From Desulfoscipio sp. XC116 (GTDB lineage Bacteria > Bacillota > Desulfotomaculia > Desulfotomaculales > Desulfallaceae), in contig NZ_CP156660.1 of the NCBI RefSeq assembly GCF_039851975.1, positions 1,647,035 to 1,679,034 on the forward strand: 32,000 bases of DNA, in the 5' to 3' direction. A program made the translations under genes and the position numbers. Under the pieces are notes generated by a model, which had not been told where the DNA came from, made no database searches, and was given only the letters and a program-made list of their open reading frames with translations. Below, in pieces: positions 1 through 7,871 of the stretch (its first letter is position 1; each line of letters begins with the position of its first letter).

Positions 1-85
1 TCAATGAATGCAAAGCAATAAATATGTAATTATTATTTATTTTTTTTGCCCTGAATTGTTTTAAGTGAAATTTTAAATTTTTTAG

Positions 86-116
86 AATAAAAAAAGACCC
101 TCAATGAAAGGGTCTT
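86..116 (-). terminator. Rho-independent terminator downstream of metF
   Basis: Minus-strand RNA folds AGACCCU-UUCAUUG-AGGGUCU (7-bp stem, 95..115) followed by UUUUUUUAUU. It lies about 110 nt after the metF stop. Confidence 0.7.
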
Positions 117-226
117 TGGAGTAGGTACATGGTATTCCTGTAAAAAAGAAGTATTTTGCACCAGGATTAAGATAAAAATGTTATAATATAACATGGAATT
201 GTTAAATGAGAGAACTTTAATTCGTC

Positions 227-1153
227 TTAGTCCACCTTGGGTCTCGGGTAGAGTCCGCATTTTTCCACGATTTCGGGCACTACCTCTTCCCAGGCAATAG
301 CCATAACGTGCACGCCGTGCACACCTTTGACTTTTTCCTTGATGTACTTAATTTGCTCAATGCAGATATCCACGCCTTCGCGTTTGGGATCCTCCGCGTT
401 TTTCAGGCGTTCCACCAGCTCGTCGGGTACAATCATACCGCTGACGTTATTTTGGATATACTTGGCCGCCCGCCAACTCTTCATGGGTGTTACCCCGGCC
501 AGGATGTGCACCCGTTCGTCCAGACCCCGCTCACGCACCATTTCCATGAACCGCTCAAAGCGCTCCATGTCAAAGATGCATTGGGTTTGGATAAACTGGG
601 CGCCGGCATTCACTTTTTTCTCCAGGCGGTCCACCCGGAATTCAAAGGGGTCGGCAAAGGGGTTGGCCACTGCCCCGATAAAGAAGTGGGGTTCATGTTC
701 CTTAATGGCCTCGTCCGAGAAGAACAGTTTTTCATCCCGCATGCGGCGCAGATAATAAATGAGCTGCATGGAGTCAATATCATACACGTTTTTGGAGGTG
801 GGGTGGTTGCCGAACTTTTGGTGGTCGCCGGACAGGCAGAGCACATTGCGCATGCCCAGGCTGTAGGCGCCCAATAAATCAGACTGCATGGCAATCCGGT
901 TGCGGTCCCGGCAGGTCATCTGCACAATAGGCTCAATGCCGCAGCCCAGCACATGCACACCGGCCGCTATGCTGGACAGCCGCACAATAGCCGTTTGGTT
1001 ATCGGTAATATTGGTGGCGTCCACGTAATCGCGCATCATTTCAGCGTGATGACGAATGCCCTCGGCGGAAGAATGCTTGGGCGGCCCGATTTCCGCAGTT
1101 ACCGCGAATTGACCGCTGTCGAGTATTTGCTGAAGTTTGCTTATATTCTTCAA
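227..1153 (-). CDS. metF: 5,10-methylenetetrahydrofolate reductase MetF
   Basis: 308-aa ORF with MTHFR-family motifs (GQFAVTAEIGPPK, NVLCLSGDH, FIQTQCIFD). The TTG start overlaps the metV stop, and it sits in the metV-metF arrangement typical of acetogens. Confidence 0.93.
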   Translation of the reverse strand: MKNISKLQQILDSGQFAVTAEIGPPKHSSAEGIRHHAEMMRDYVDATNITDNQTAIVRLSSIAAGVHVLGCGIEPIVQMTCRDRNRIAMQSDLLGAYSLGMRNVLCLSGDHQKFGNHPTSKNVYDIDSMQLIYYLRRMRDEKLFFSDEAIKEHEPHFFIGAVANPFADPFEFRVDRLEKKVNAGAQFIQTQCIFDMERFERFMEMVRERGLDERVHILAGVTPMKSWRAAKYIQNNVSGMIVPDELVERLKNAEDPKREGVDICIEQIKYIKEKVKGVHGVHVMAIAWEEVVPEIVEKCGLYPRPKVD

Positions 1154-1821
1154 TCGATCATCACATCCTCCCTGATGGCCTTACGCGGCCCGCCGTCCCG
1201 TGATTTGGACCAGTCTTTGGGCGGCTGGAATTCCATTAGTTTGTCAAGCTTGCCCAGCGCCTTCATGCGGTCATAAATCAGCTGCCAGGCACAGTCCACG
1301 TCCTTGCTCACTTCGCACTTACCGTACTGTGAGCCGCCGCAGGGGCCGTTTAAAATACTCTTGGAGCAGCGAATGATGGGGCAGATACCGCCGGTGCGGT
1401 GCAAGATGCAGTCGCCGCAGAGCCCGCACTTTTCCTCCCAGCTGCCGTGCACAGTGGAGCCGCCGATGAACTTGGTATCCAGGGCGGGTACTACCCACTT
1501 ATCCTTAAACCGCTCGGCCAGATATTGTACGCCTACGCCGCAGGCCAGTGACACGATGGCATCCACATCTTTGACCAGATTATCCAGCGGTACGATGTAC
1601 TCGGGGTCGCACTGCCTGGTACAGGTATAAGTGATTGCCTCCAAGGGATTGTTCTCCAGGTTGCGCTTAATGCGCATGGCTGAGGCCAGCACCTCGGTTT
1701 CCTTTTCGCCGCCGGCCAGGCAAACCGTCACGCAGCCGGCGCAGCCCACGAACAACACTTTTTTGCAGTCGTCAATCATTTGGGCAATGTCTTCAACAGG
1801 TTTTTGTTGCGCTACTATCAT
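1150..1821 (-). CDS. metV: MetV, Cys-rich Fe-S/zinc-ribbon partner subunit of MetF
   Basis: 223 aa, Cys-rich (GCAGCVTVC, CGLCGDC, CPIIRCSK, NGPCGG). It sits immediately upstream of metF, and ATGA/TTGA overlaps couple it to both neighbours. Confidence 0.85.
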   Translation of the reverse strand: MIVAQQKPVEDIAQMIDDCKKVLFVGCAGCVTVCLAGGEKETEVLASAMRIKRNLENNPLEAITYTCTRQCDPEYIVPLDNLVKDVDAIVSLACGVGVQYLAERFKDKWVVPALDTKFIGGSTVHGSWEEKCGLCGDCILHRTGGICPIIRCSKSILNGPCGGSQYGKCEVSKDVDCAWQLIYDRMKALGKLDKLMEFQPPKDWSKSRDGGPRKAIREDVMID

Positions 1822-2270
1822 GCTGTTTGGCCACCTTCTTTCTGTGCGTTCCCGGCCCTGTTTCTGTTCAGGGGGCTGGGGCCGAGCTGGCGGATGCGCT
1901 CCGTCATCTCATTAGCAATTTGGGCAAAACGGCCCCCATCTGAAGCGGGCAGGTTATAGAACTCCAGTCGCTCGCTGCCAAAGCCGATTTCATCCAGTAT
2001 TTTTTTGACCGCCTGCACCCGCTTTTTAGCGCGGATGTTGCCTTTTAAAAAGTGGCAGTCGCCTTCCATACAGCCGGCCACATACACACCATCGGCACCG
2101 TCCTCAAATGCTTCTAAAAGTACACGGTGTTCAATGGTGCCAGAACAGGGCATTTCGATTACCCTGATGTAGGGTGAATACTGTAACCGCATCGAACCTG
2201 CCAGGTCCGCAGCCGTGTATGCTCAGTAGTGACAGCAAAAGGCTACAATTTTGGGCTCAAATTCAGCCAC
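1818..2270 (-). CDS. mvhD: MvhD/FlpD-family [2Fe-2S] protein with an in-frame UGA (putative selenocysteine) at 2223..2225
   Basis: The ORF track shows only 1818..2192. The frame stays open up to GTG 2270 (GGGAGGTG 7 nt upstream) except for one TGA. The read-through product VAEFEPKIVAFCCHY-U-AYTAADLAGSMRLQYSPYIRVIEMPCSG...AGCMEGDCHF aligns along its length with the paralog at 7409..7858, where the TGA position is Cys. Confidence 0.8.
2186..2213 (-). promoter_or_regulatory. Candidate bacterial SECIS hairpin for the UGA at 2223..2225
   Basis: Starting 9 nt 3' of the UGA, the mRNA can fold as GCUGC-GGACCU-GGC-AGGUUC-GAU-GCGGU: a 6-bp inner stem plus a 5-bp outer stem with a 3-nt bulge. Folded by eye only. 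Confidence 0.45.
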
Positions 2271-2271
2271 T

Positions 2272-3154
2272 CTAACGCACCTCCCTTAATAAACCATTCA
2301 TCATATTTATATACATGCGGTTGCTGTGGCCCTGCAGCGTAATGCTCTGTTGGGGGCATCCGCCGGCACAGGCACCGCATTCCTGACATAGTACGGACTC
2401 AATTTCAGCGGCGCGTAGTTTTTAACGCGGGGTACGTTAAACGGACACAACCGTACGCAGGTAAGGCAAACTGCACACCTGCCGGCATCCACGTTGGCTG
2501 CAATACCCTGAGATTCCGGGTGATCCTTGCTTAATATAGTGGCGGTCCGTCCCGCGGCGGCCTTGGCTTGGGCAATATTTTCATCCACATTCCTGGGACC
2601 GTGGGCGGTACCGGCCATATAAATGCCTGCGGAGGCAAAATCTGCGGGGCGTGGTTCCACATGTTGCTTTCAGGAAGAATCCATCTGCGTTCAAGGGGAT
2701 CTTGAACAGCCGGTTCAGTTTGATATTGTCCTCAGACGGTAGTATGTCTGCGGCCAGTCCCACTATATCGGCCCAGTACGATCGGTCACTGTAACGTTTA
2801 CAACACTGCCGTTCTTTTTCACCGGTGGTTTGTCGTCGGTATTGTAGCGAATGAATACAACGCCCATATTGCGGGCCTGTTCATATGCTTCTTTCAATTC
2901 AAAATGGGTCAAATAACAATATATTTTTCAATATTCAAGTATCCTCAACATTCCATCAATTTAGGAGAAAGAATGCACATGGAGCAATCATTGGCGGAAA
3001 ACGTCTTTATCCAGCCCGGGCATAGTACGCCAATAGCCGGTGATTACTCCATAAGATGTACATAATAGCCGGAGTTCGCAAGGCCAAGTGATGCCTGAAT
3101 GCCGGTTACACCTGCGCCTGCTGCTATTACCGGTTCTCACTTTAGCTTATTCAT
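2272..3154 (-). pseudogene. hdrA: Decayed hdrA (heterodisulfide reductase subunit A-like) remnant
   Basis: The N-terminal remnant [60 protein letters not shown] closely matches aa 11-71 of the 1473-aa HdrA-like ORF. Its in-frame stops are at 3137..3139, 3044..3046 and 2945..2947. It then jumps to C-terminal HdrA sequence spread over three frames: THFELKEAYEQARNMGVVFIRY..., [69 protein letters not shown]...CAVCLTCVRLCP and AAEIESVLCQECGACAGGCPQQSITLQG. The ~0.9 kb that remains compares with about 2 kb expected for an intact gene. Confidence 0.85.
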
Positions 3155-3251
3155 GCACCTTGCCCGTCCTCTCGGTCTAGAGTTTCTCCGGGCAAGGTAC
3201 ATCTAACAGCAAAATGGAATAGTAACTTTTGGCCGGTTTTACCGGGTCTGT

Positions 3252-4475
3252 CTATTCTTTTTCCGGCATTATCAAGGCTCTTTCCATCAGGGAGCACATG
3301 TGCATGTTTGCAGACTTGGCTTTTTCCGGATACCATTTGTTTAAATCGTTAAATTGGTCCATGCAGTTGTGACAGGGTACAATTACAATCTTGGCGTCGG
3401 TGGCTACCACCTGGTCTACTTTGCGCTTACCTTTGGCTTTGCGGATTTCGTTATACTCGGGCATGGCCATGGCGCCGCCGCCTCCACCGCAACAATAATT
3501 CATGTTACCATTGGGGTTCATGTCTACAAAATTCTTTATAAAACTTCTGATTAATTCACGCGGTGCTTCATATACGCCTTCTTTGCGGGCAGTGTTGCAC
3601 GGATCGTGATAAGTAACTACCTCGGTAATGGCATTGGGGTCAAGCTTAAGTTTGCCTTCCTTAACCAACTCGTTGAGCAGTTCCAGGATGTGGCGAATGG
3701 GATATTGCCTGCCGTTCCAGTAAGTTCTGTAGCCCCAGCGCATGGATCGGAAAGCGTGACCGCATTCGGTGACAATTAACTCTTCACATTCCAGGTCGGC
3801 AACTTCCTGCCACAGAGGCATGGAAATAGCCAGGAAGTCATCTGTTTGGCCGGTGAACAGAGCTATATTGGTGGCGTCCCAGCGCTTGGTGCTGATAGTG
3901 TAGTCAATGCCTGCCACGTAAAACAGCTTTAAAGTAGCCTGCAGTTCATTGGGGTAATACTTAATGTCCCGGGCGTTAAAGCCGTAAAAATACTTGGCGC
4001 CTTTTTTATTGAGCGGAATTTTATAATTGGGATCTCCAAGCTCTTCCTGCAGCTCTTCTTCAATCCACTCCAAAGTTTCCTCGTAATCTTCTTGGCCAAC
4101 ATTCATTTGATTGCCGGATTCAATATGTTCATTAGCAATTGTTTGCAGGTAACCGGGAATCTTGTCTTTATCCCAGGTGCCGCGCAGTGCCCGCACCAAG
4201 GCCGCTATATTCACATTCATAGGGCACTCGATGGTGCACCGTTCACACATGGTGCAGTACCATATATAGGGATCTGCATATACTTCATCTTTCATACCCA
4301 GCAATACCTTGCGTAAAAATTTACGCGGGTCCTGATTCTCATGAATATCAGAATATGGGCAGCCTGCTGTGCACATTCCGCATGATAAACAATTGCTAAA
4401 GTCATAACCGTTAAGCAGTTCGGCAACTTCATCCCTAAACTTGGGGTTAAAATCGGCAGCTTGGATAGCTTCCAT
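3252..4475 (-). CDS. Fused HdrC/HdrB-like (soluble HdrD-like) Fe-S protein with CCG domains
   Basis: Two ferredoxin motifs (CLSCGMCTAGCP, CTMCERCTIECP) are followed by Cys-rich CCG-type regions (YHDPCNTARK, NYCCGGGGG, VPCHNCMDQ). I prefer the ATG at 4475 (GAGGGGAGGA RBS 6 nt upstream) over the track start at 4493, which lies inside that RBS. Confidence 0.85.
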   Translation of the reverse strand: MEAIQAADFNPKFRDEVAELLNGYDFSNCLSCGMCTAGCPYSDIHENQDPRKFLRKVLLGMKDEVYADPYIWYCTMCERCTIECPMNVNIAALVRALRGTWDKDKIPGYLQTIANEHIESGNQMNVGQEDYEETLEWIEEELQEELGDPNYKIPLNKKGAKYFYGFNARDIKYYPNELQATLKLFYVAGIDYTISTKRWDATNIALFTGQTDDFLAISMPLWQEVADLECEELIVTECGHAFRSMRWGYRTYWNGRQYPIRHILELLNELVKEGKLKLDPNAITEVVTYHDPCNTARKEGVYEAPRELIRSFIKNFVDMNPNGNMNYCCGGGGGAMAMPEYNEIRKAKGKRKVDQVVATDAKIVIVPCHNCMDQFNDLNKWYPEKAKSANMHMCSLMERALIMPEKE

Positions 4476-4595
4476 TTTGGGTCCTCCCCTCATTGTCTTG
4501 GCATAAAAATAATTTAAGATTTAATCTGTTATAGCGCCCCTTTAATAACAGAAAAGAGGCGCTATATTTTCTACTTATCTATATTTTAATATATT

Positions 4596-5435
4596 TTAGT
4601 ATTCGTTCGGCAGTTCGTTAAGCTGGGCTCTGGTAAATACCGGACCGTCTTTACAGACGTATTTGCCTCCTACGTTACATCTGCCGCACATGCCGATACC
4701 GCATTTCATGCGGTTTTCCAGAGACATAATAATTCTCTCAACTGGAAAACCGAGTTTTTCCAATACCGGCATGGTGAATTTAATCATCACCGGCGGTCCG
4801 CAAATGATGGCGTAGGTGTTTTCGGCACTGGGTGCTACCTCTCCGGTAACGTTGGGGATAAAACCAACCCGGCCGTCCCAGCCATCCACCGCACGGTCAA
4901 TAGTTGTGACTAAGTTAATGTCCGGGCTTTTCTCCCAGGCGGCCAGTTCTTCTTTATATAGCAGCAGACCGGGGTTTCTGGCGCCGTAAATAACTGTGAT
5001 GTCGCCGTAATCGCCGCGGCGGTCAGGGTGCAACATATAAGTAGCCAGAGATCGTAAAGTAGTAAACGCGAATCCACCGCCAATGATCACCACGTTTTTA
5101 CCCTTAAACTCCTCCACTGGATAATAATTGCCCAGCGGTCCGCGCACACCGACCATAGTTCCCTCTTCTATTAAGTGCAGAGCGGTGGATACTACACCTA
5201 CTTTGGCCACCGAGAATTTAAGAAACCCGGGCTCAGTGGGCGAAGAAGCAATTCCGAAAGGGGCTTCGCCCTTGCCAAATACGCACAACTCGGCAAATTG
5301 CCCCGGCATATATGGAAAACTTTTTTCGTCTTCCTCAGTTAAAAACTGTAGGGTAAAGGTGTGGATCAACTTATCCTCTGTTTCAGTAAAGTTCTTAACC
5401 AGTTTCATTGGCAGCGGCAGATATGGATTTTTCAT
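4596..5435 (-). CDS. FAD/NAD(P)H-binding oxidoreductase with C-terminal [2Fe-2S] motif (FlxA / sulfhydrogenase gamma / AsrB / PyrK-like)
   Basis: 279 aa with a ferredoxin-NADP reductase-like layout (PGQFAEL, VVIIGGGFAF) and the C-terminal motif CGIGMCGRCNVGGKYVCKDGPVF. Its start overlaps the upstream stop (TAATG). Confidence 0.85.
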   Translation of the reverse strand: MKNPYLPLPMKLVKNFTETEDKLIHTFTLQFLTEEDEKSFPYMPGQFAELCVFGKGEAPFGIASSPTEPGFLKFSVAKVGVVSTALHLIEEGTMVGVRGPLGNYYPVEEFKGKNVVIIGGGFAFTTLRSLATYMLHPDRRGDYGDITVIYGARNPGLLLYKEELAAWEKSPDINLVTTIDRAVDGWDGRVGFIPNVTGEVAPSAENTYAIICGPPVMIKFTMPVLEKLGFPVERIIMSLENRMKCGIGMCGRCNVGGKYVCKDGPVFTRAQLNELPNEY

Positions 5436-6454
5436 TAACTATCCAACCTCGCTTCCGAACCCCGAATATTTTCCAGTATCACCCGGATGTCCATATTGAC
5501 GGGGCAGTTTTTAATGCACCTGCCGCAACCTACGCAGGCAATTTCGTTAAAGTTATCAACAAAATATTTAAACTTATGCATAATTCTGTTGCGGTAGCGT
5601 TCTTTATTGCTGGTACGCGGGTTGTGACCGGAGCCGTGCAAAGTGAATAGCGGGAATGCGCAGGAATCCCAGTTGCGCACCCGGCAGCCATTGCAATCCA
5701 CGGCGTCGTCAACTATGTCAAAGCAGTGGCAGGTGGGGCACAGATATGTGCATGCACCGCAGCCCAAACATTTTTCATGGATTTTATCCCAAATAGGATC
5801 ATAAAAGTTAACGTCCAGCTTGTCTTTCAGACCTTCTGTATTTACCTGGCAAGTGACTGTTGCTTCTTCCTTAGCCTTAGCTGCAGCGGCCTTATCAGCA
5901 TCCGAGGCGGCGGCAAAACCGGCTTTTTCAGCCAGAGCCTTACCCTTGTCCGATACCACTTCCACTACGTAAGCATCACCGGCATCCACCAGCAATAAGT
6001 CAAGGCCTTTGGTATCAAACGGACCGCCGTTCACTGAAGTGCAAAAACAAGTGCTGGCGGGATCGTTACAGCCGATACCTATCATAACGGTGTTGGCGCG
6101 CCTGGTCACATAGTAAGGATCCTGGTACTTATCGTTGTCAAATACATTGTCCAGCAACGTGAAGCTTCTGGCATCGCAAGGACGTACGCCAAAAATTACT
6201 TTTTTCTGGTCATCAATGGTTGCTTCCAGCTTGGCACTTTCCCCGGTAGTTTCGTAGCTAAACAATTTTTCAGACTGCGGGAAAAATACTTCTTTGGCTG
6301 AAAGCTTGGTATTGCCAGCAGTGAGTACAGCGTCAGCACCGGAACAAATTTGTTTAAATAAGGTGTAAGAGCCTTCTTGCACAGGGGCAAAAACCTGATA
6401 TTCGCTAATTAATTTATCCAGAAATCCGGGTATGTCTTTTTTGCTTACTATCAT
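5435..6454 (-). CDS. 4Fe-4S protein, FlxB / sulfhydrogenase beta / AsrA-like
   Basis: Motifs CLGCGACTYLCPTCHCFD and CVGCGRCIKNCP. I prefer the ATG at 6454 (GAGGTG 6 nt upstream) over the GTG at 6463. Confidence 0.8.
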   Translation of the reverse strand: MIVSKKDIPGFLDKLISEYQVFAPVQEGSYTLFKQICSGADAVLTAGNTKLSAKEVFFPQSEKLFSYETTGESAKLEATIDDQKKVIFGVRPCDARSFTLLDNVFDNDKYQDPYYVTRRANTVMIGIGCNDPASTCFCTSVNGGPFDTKGLDLLLVDAGDAYVVEVVSDKGKALAEKAGFAAASDADKAAAAKAKEEATVTCQVNTEGLKDKLDVNFYDPIWDKIHEKCLGCGACTYLCPTCHCFDIVDDAVDCNGCRVRNWDSCAFPLFTLHGSGHNPRTSNKERYRNRIMHKFKYFVDNFNEIACVGCGRCIKNCPVNMDIRVILENIRGSEARLDS

Positions 6455-6464
6455 CAGTTTCACC

Positions 6465-7421
6465 TCATTCCTTCACCAAGAAAGGTTCTGGGTCGTCGGC
6501 TGTGAATGTGGCAAGGGCAGCCTTGTCCTCTATATTAACCCCGGCCTCGGCGCTAAACAGATCTTTAACGTCTTTAACCAGTTTACGGGTTAGCAGGCGC
6601 AGATTGATGCCCATTGGACATGCCCTTTCACAAGCTCCGCAGTCGACGCAGCGTCCGGCACTATGGAACACCCTGACAACCTGGAAGAGAATATTGTCCT
6701 CTGCATTTAAAGCACTCTTGCCAATCCATTCCGGCTGGGTGCAGTCTACAAAGCACTCTTCGCAATAGCACATGGGGCAAGCGTTCCGGCAGGCGTAGCA
6801 CCTGATGCACTTGCTGAATTCACTATTCATAAATGCGCGGCGCTCCGCTGTTGTCTTGGCCTCAAATTCCTCAATTTCCGCAAAATCAGCTGCTTCCTTT
6901 TCAGGGAGCAATTCGCCGACTAATTCATCGTACACCACGGGGTTGCCGTAGCGGCAATCTTTGCAGGAATTGTGCAGCAGATCGGCAATCGGGGCTGTCT
7001 CAGTAAAGTTTTTACCCTTCAGAATTATTGTATCCCCGTTCTCCTCAGCTTCCAAAAGCTCTTGGCCGCCCAGCAGTGCATTTACTTTTTTGCGATCAAT
7101 CATACCGCTGCAAGGCACACCAATAATATAAAGATTGTCGCGGTTAATCTGGTTCTCTTTAATCAGAGCCACAATTGACCGCACATCACAGCCCTTGGCC
7201 ACAACGGCTACTTTACCTTCCTTTTTGCGCAGGTAATTGGCCAGATTATTTTCACAGTCCAAATTCCAGGTGAGTTTTCCCGCTTCTTCGGGAGTCCTGG
7301 CGAAAAACGGCGTGCCGCGTAGCGGTAGACTGCCTTCGGTAAAGCCGACGACCAGGTCAACCTTTTGTTCAGCCAGTAACTTTTTAGCTGCGTCTTTTAT
7401 TTGATCTGCTAGCTTTTGCAT
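6465..7421 (-). CDS. Iron-sulfur protein, FlxC-like
   Basis: Motifs CIRCYACRNACPMCYCEECF and CVDCGACERACP, plus CKDC. I prefer the ATG at 7421 (GGGGTG 6 nt upstream). The start overlaps the 3' end of mvhD. Confidence 0.75.
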   Translation of the reverse strand: MQKLADQIKDAAKKLLAEQKVDLVVGFTEGSLPLRGTPFFARTPEEAGKLTWNLDCENNLANYLRKKEGKVAVVAKGCDVRSIVALIKENQINRDNLYIIGVPCSGMIDRKKVNALLGGQELLEAEENGDTIILKGKNFTETAPIADLLHNSCKDCRYGNPVVYDELVGELLPEKEAADFAEIEEFEAKTTAERRAFMNSEFSKCIRCYACRNACPMCYCEECFVDCTQPEWIGKSALNAEDNILFQVVRVFHSAGRCVDCGACERACPMGINLRLLTRKLVKDVKDLFSAEAGVNIEDKAALATFTADDPEPFLVKE

Positions 7422-7858
7422 CCGCAACACCCCGATTCGCTATCGATTAGGCCCTTATTGGGGCCGATTTGTTTCGTCTTTTCTGTAACATTTTTAACAA
7501 TTTCAGCAAAACGACCACCTTCGGCCGCGGATACCCAGGAGAAATTAACCCGACCTTCATCATAACCGGCATATTCAAGTAAGCCTTTTAATAAGGCAAA
7601 TTTCCTGCGGGCTACCATGTTGCCACTAACATAGTGGCAGTCACCGGGGTGTCACCCGGAGGTTAACACGGCGTCCGCACCGTGCCGGAGTGCCTTAATA
7701 ATAAATAAGGGGTTTATCCTTCCGGAACAGGGTATGCGTATCACCCGGATATTGGGCGGGTACTGGATACGACCTATACCGGCCAGGTCTGCACCGGCAT
7801 AACTACACCAGTTGCATAAAAATGCCACAATTTTAGGTTCATATTCCATGATATCCAT
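7409..7858 (-). CDS. mvhD: MvhD/FlpD-family protein (FlxD-like) with an in-frame UGA (putative selenocysteine) at 7652..7654
   Basis: The track ORFs 7652..7858 and 7409..7618 are in the same frame and joined by one TGA. The read-through reads ...[33 protein letters not shown]..., which is the conserved G-C-x-x-G-D-C-H motif of MvhD with Sec in place of Cys. The paralog at 1818..2270 has Cys at this position (AGCMEGDCHF). Confidence 0.8.
7621..7639 (-). promoter_or_regulatory. Candidate bacterial SECIS hairpin for the UGA at 7652..7654
   Basis: Starting 12 nt 3' of the UGA: UGCCACU-AUGUU-AGUGGCA, a perfect 7-bp stem with a 5-nt apical loop containing GU. Confidence 0.55.
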
Positions 7859-7871
7859 TTCCCTCCCCCAT

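Noticed and set aside
178-194. 17-bp palindrome ATGTTATA-A-TATAACAT in the metF 3' region
   Set aside because: It is AT-rich and short, lies between a stop codon and its terminator, and has no associated gene. It could easily arise by chance in AT-rich sequence.
33-260. 75-aa minus-strand ORF downstream of metF
   Set aside because: It runs through the metF terminator hairpin and AT-rich 3' sequence, overlaps the metF stop region, and has no RBS or recognisable product.
308-1276. Plus-strand and alternate-frame ORFs overlapping metF/metV (308..877, 327..755, 610..894, 953..1276)
   Set aside because: They lie antisense to, or out of frame with, a well-supported conserved gene. Their products are low-complexity and His/Arg/Ser-rich, and none has an RBS. 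They are typical shadow ORFs.
2307-2763. ORFs 2307..2660 and 2581..2763 as two small independent genes
   Set aside because: Both are out-of-frame pieces of the C-terminal half of one HdrA-like sequence, so they were merged into the hdrA pseudogene call.
3137-3139. In-frame TGA near the N-terminus of the hdrA remnant as a possible selenocysteine codon
   Set aside because: It does not align with a conserved Cys (MNKLK*EPV), I found no downstream hairpin, and the gene carries further TAA/TGA stops, frameshifts and a large deletion.
2272-3154. Programmed frameshifting or sequencing error as the explanation for the broken hdrA
   Set aside because: There are too many independent lesions (three stops, at least four frame changes, loss of about two-thirds of the gene) for recoding or a single error. 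Only read-level data could fully exclude a misassembly.
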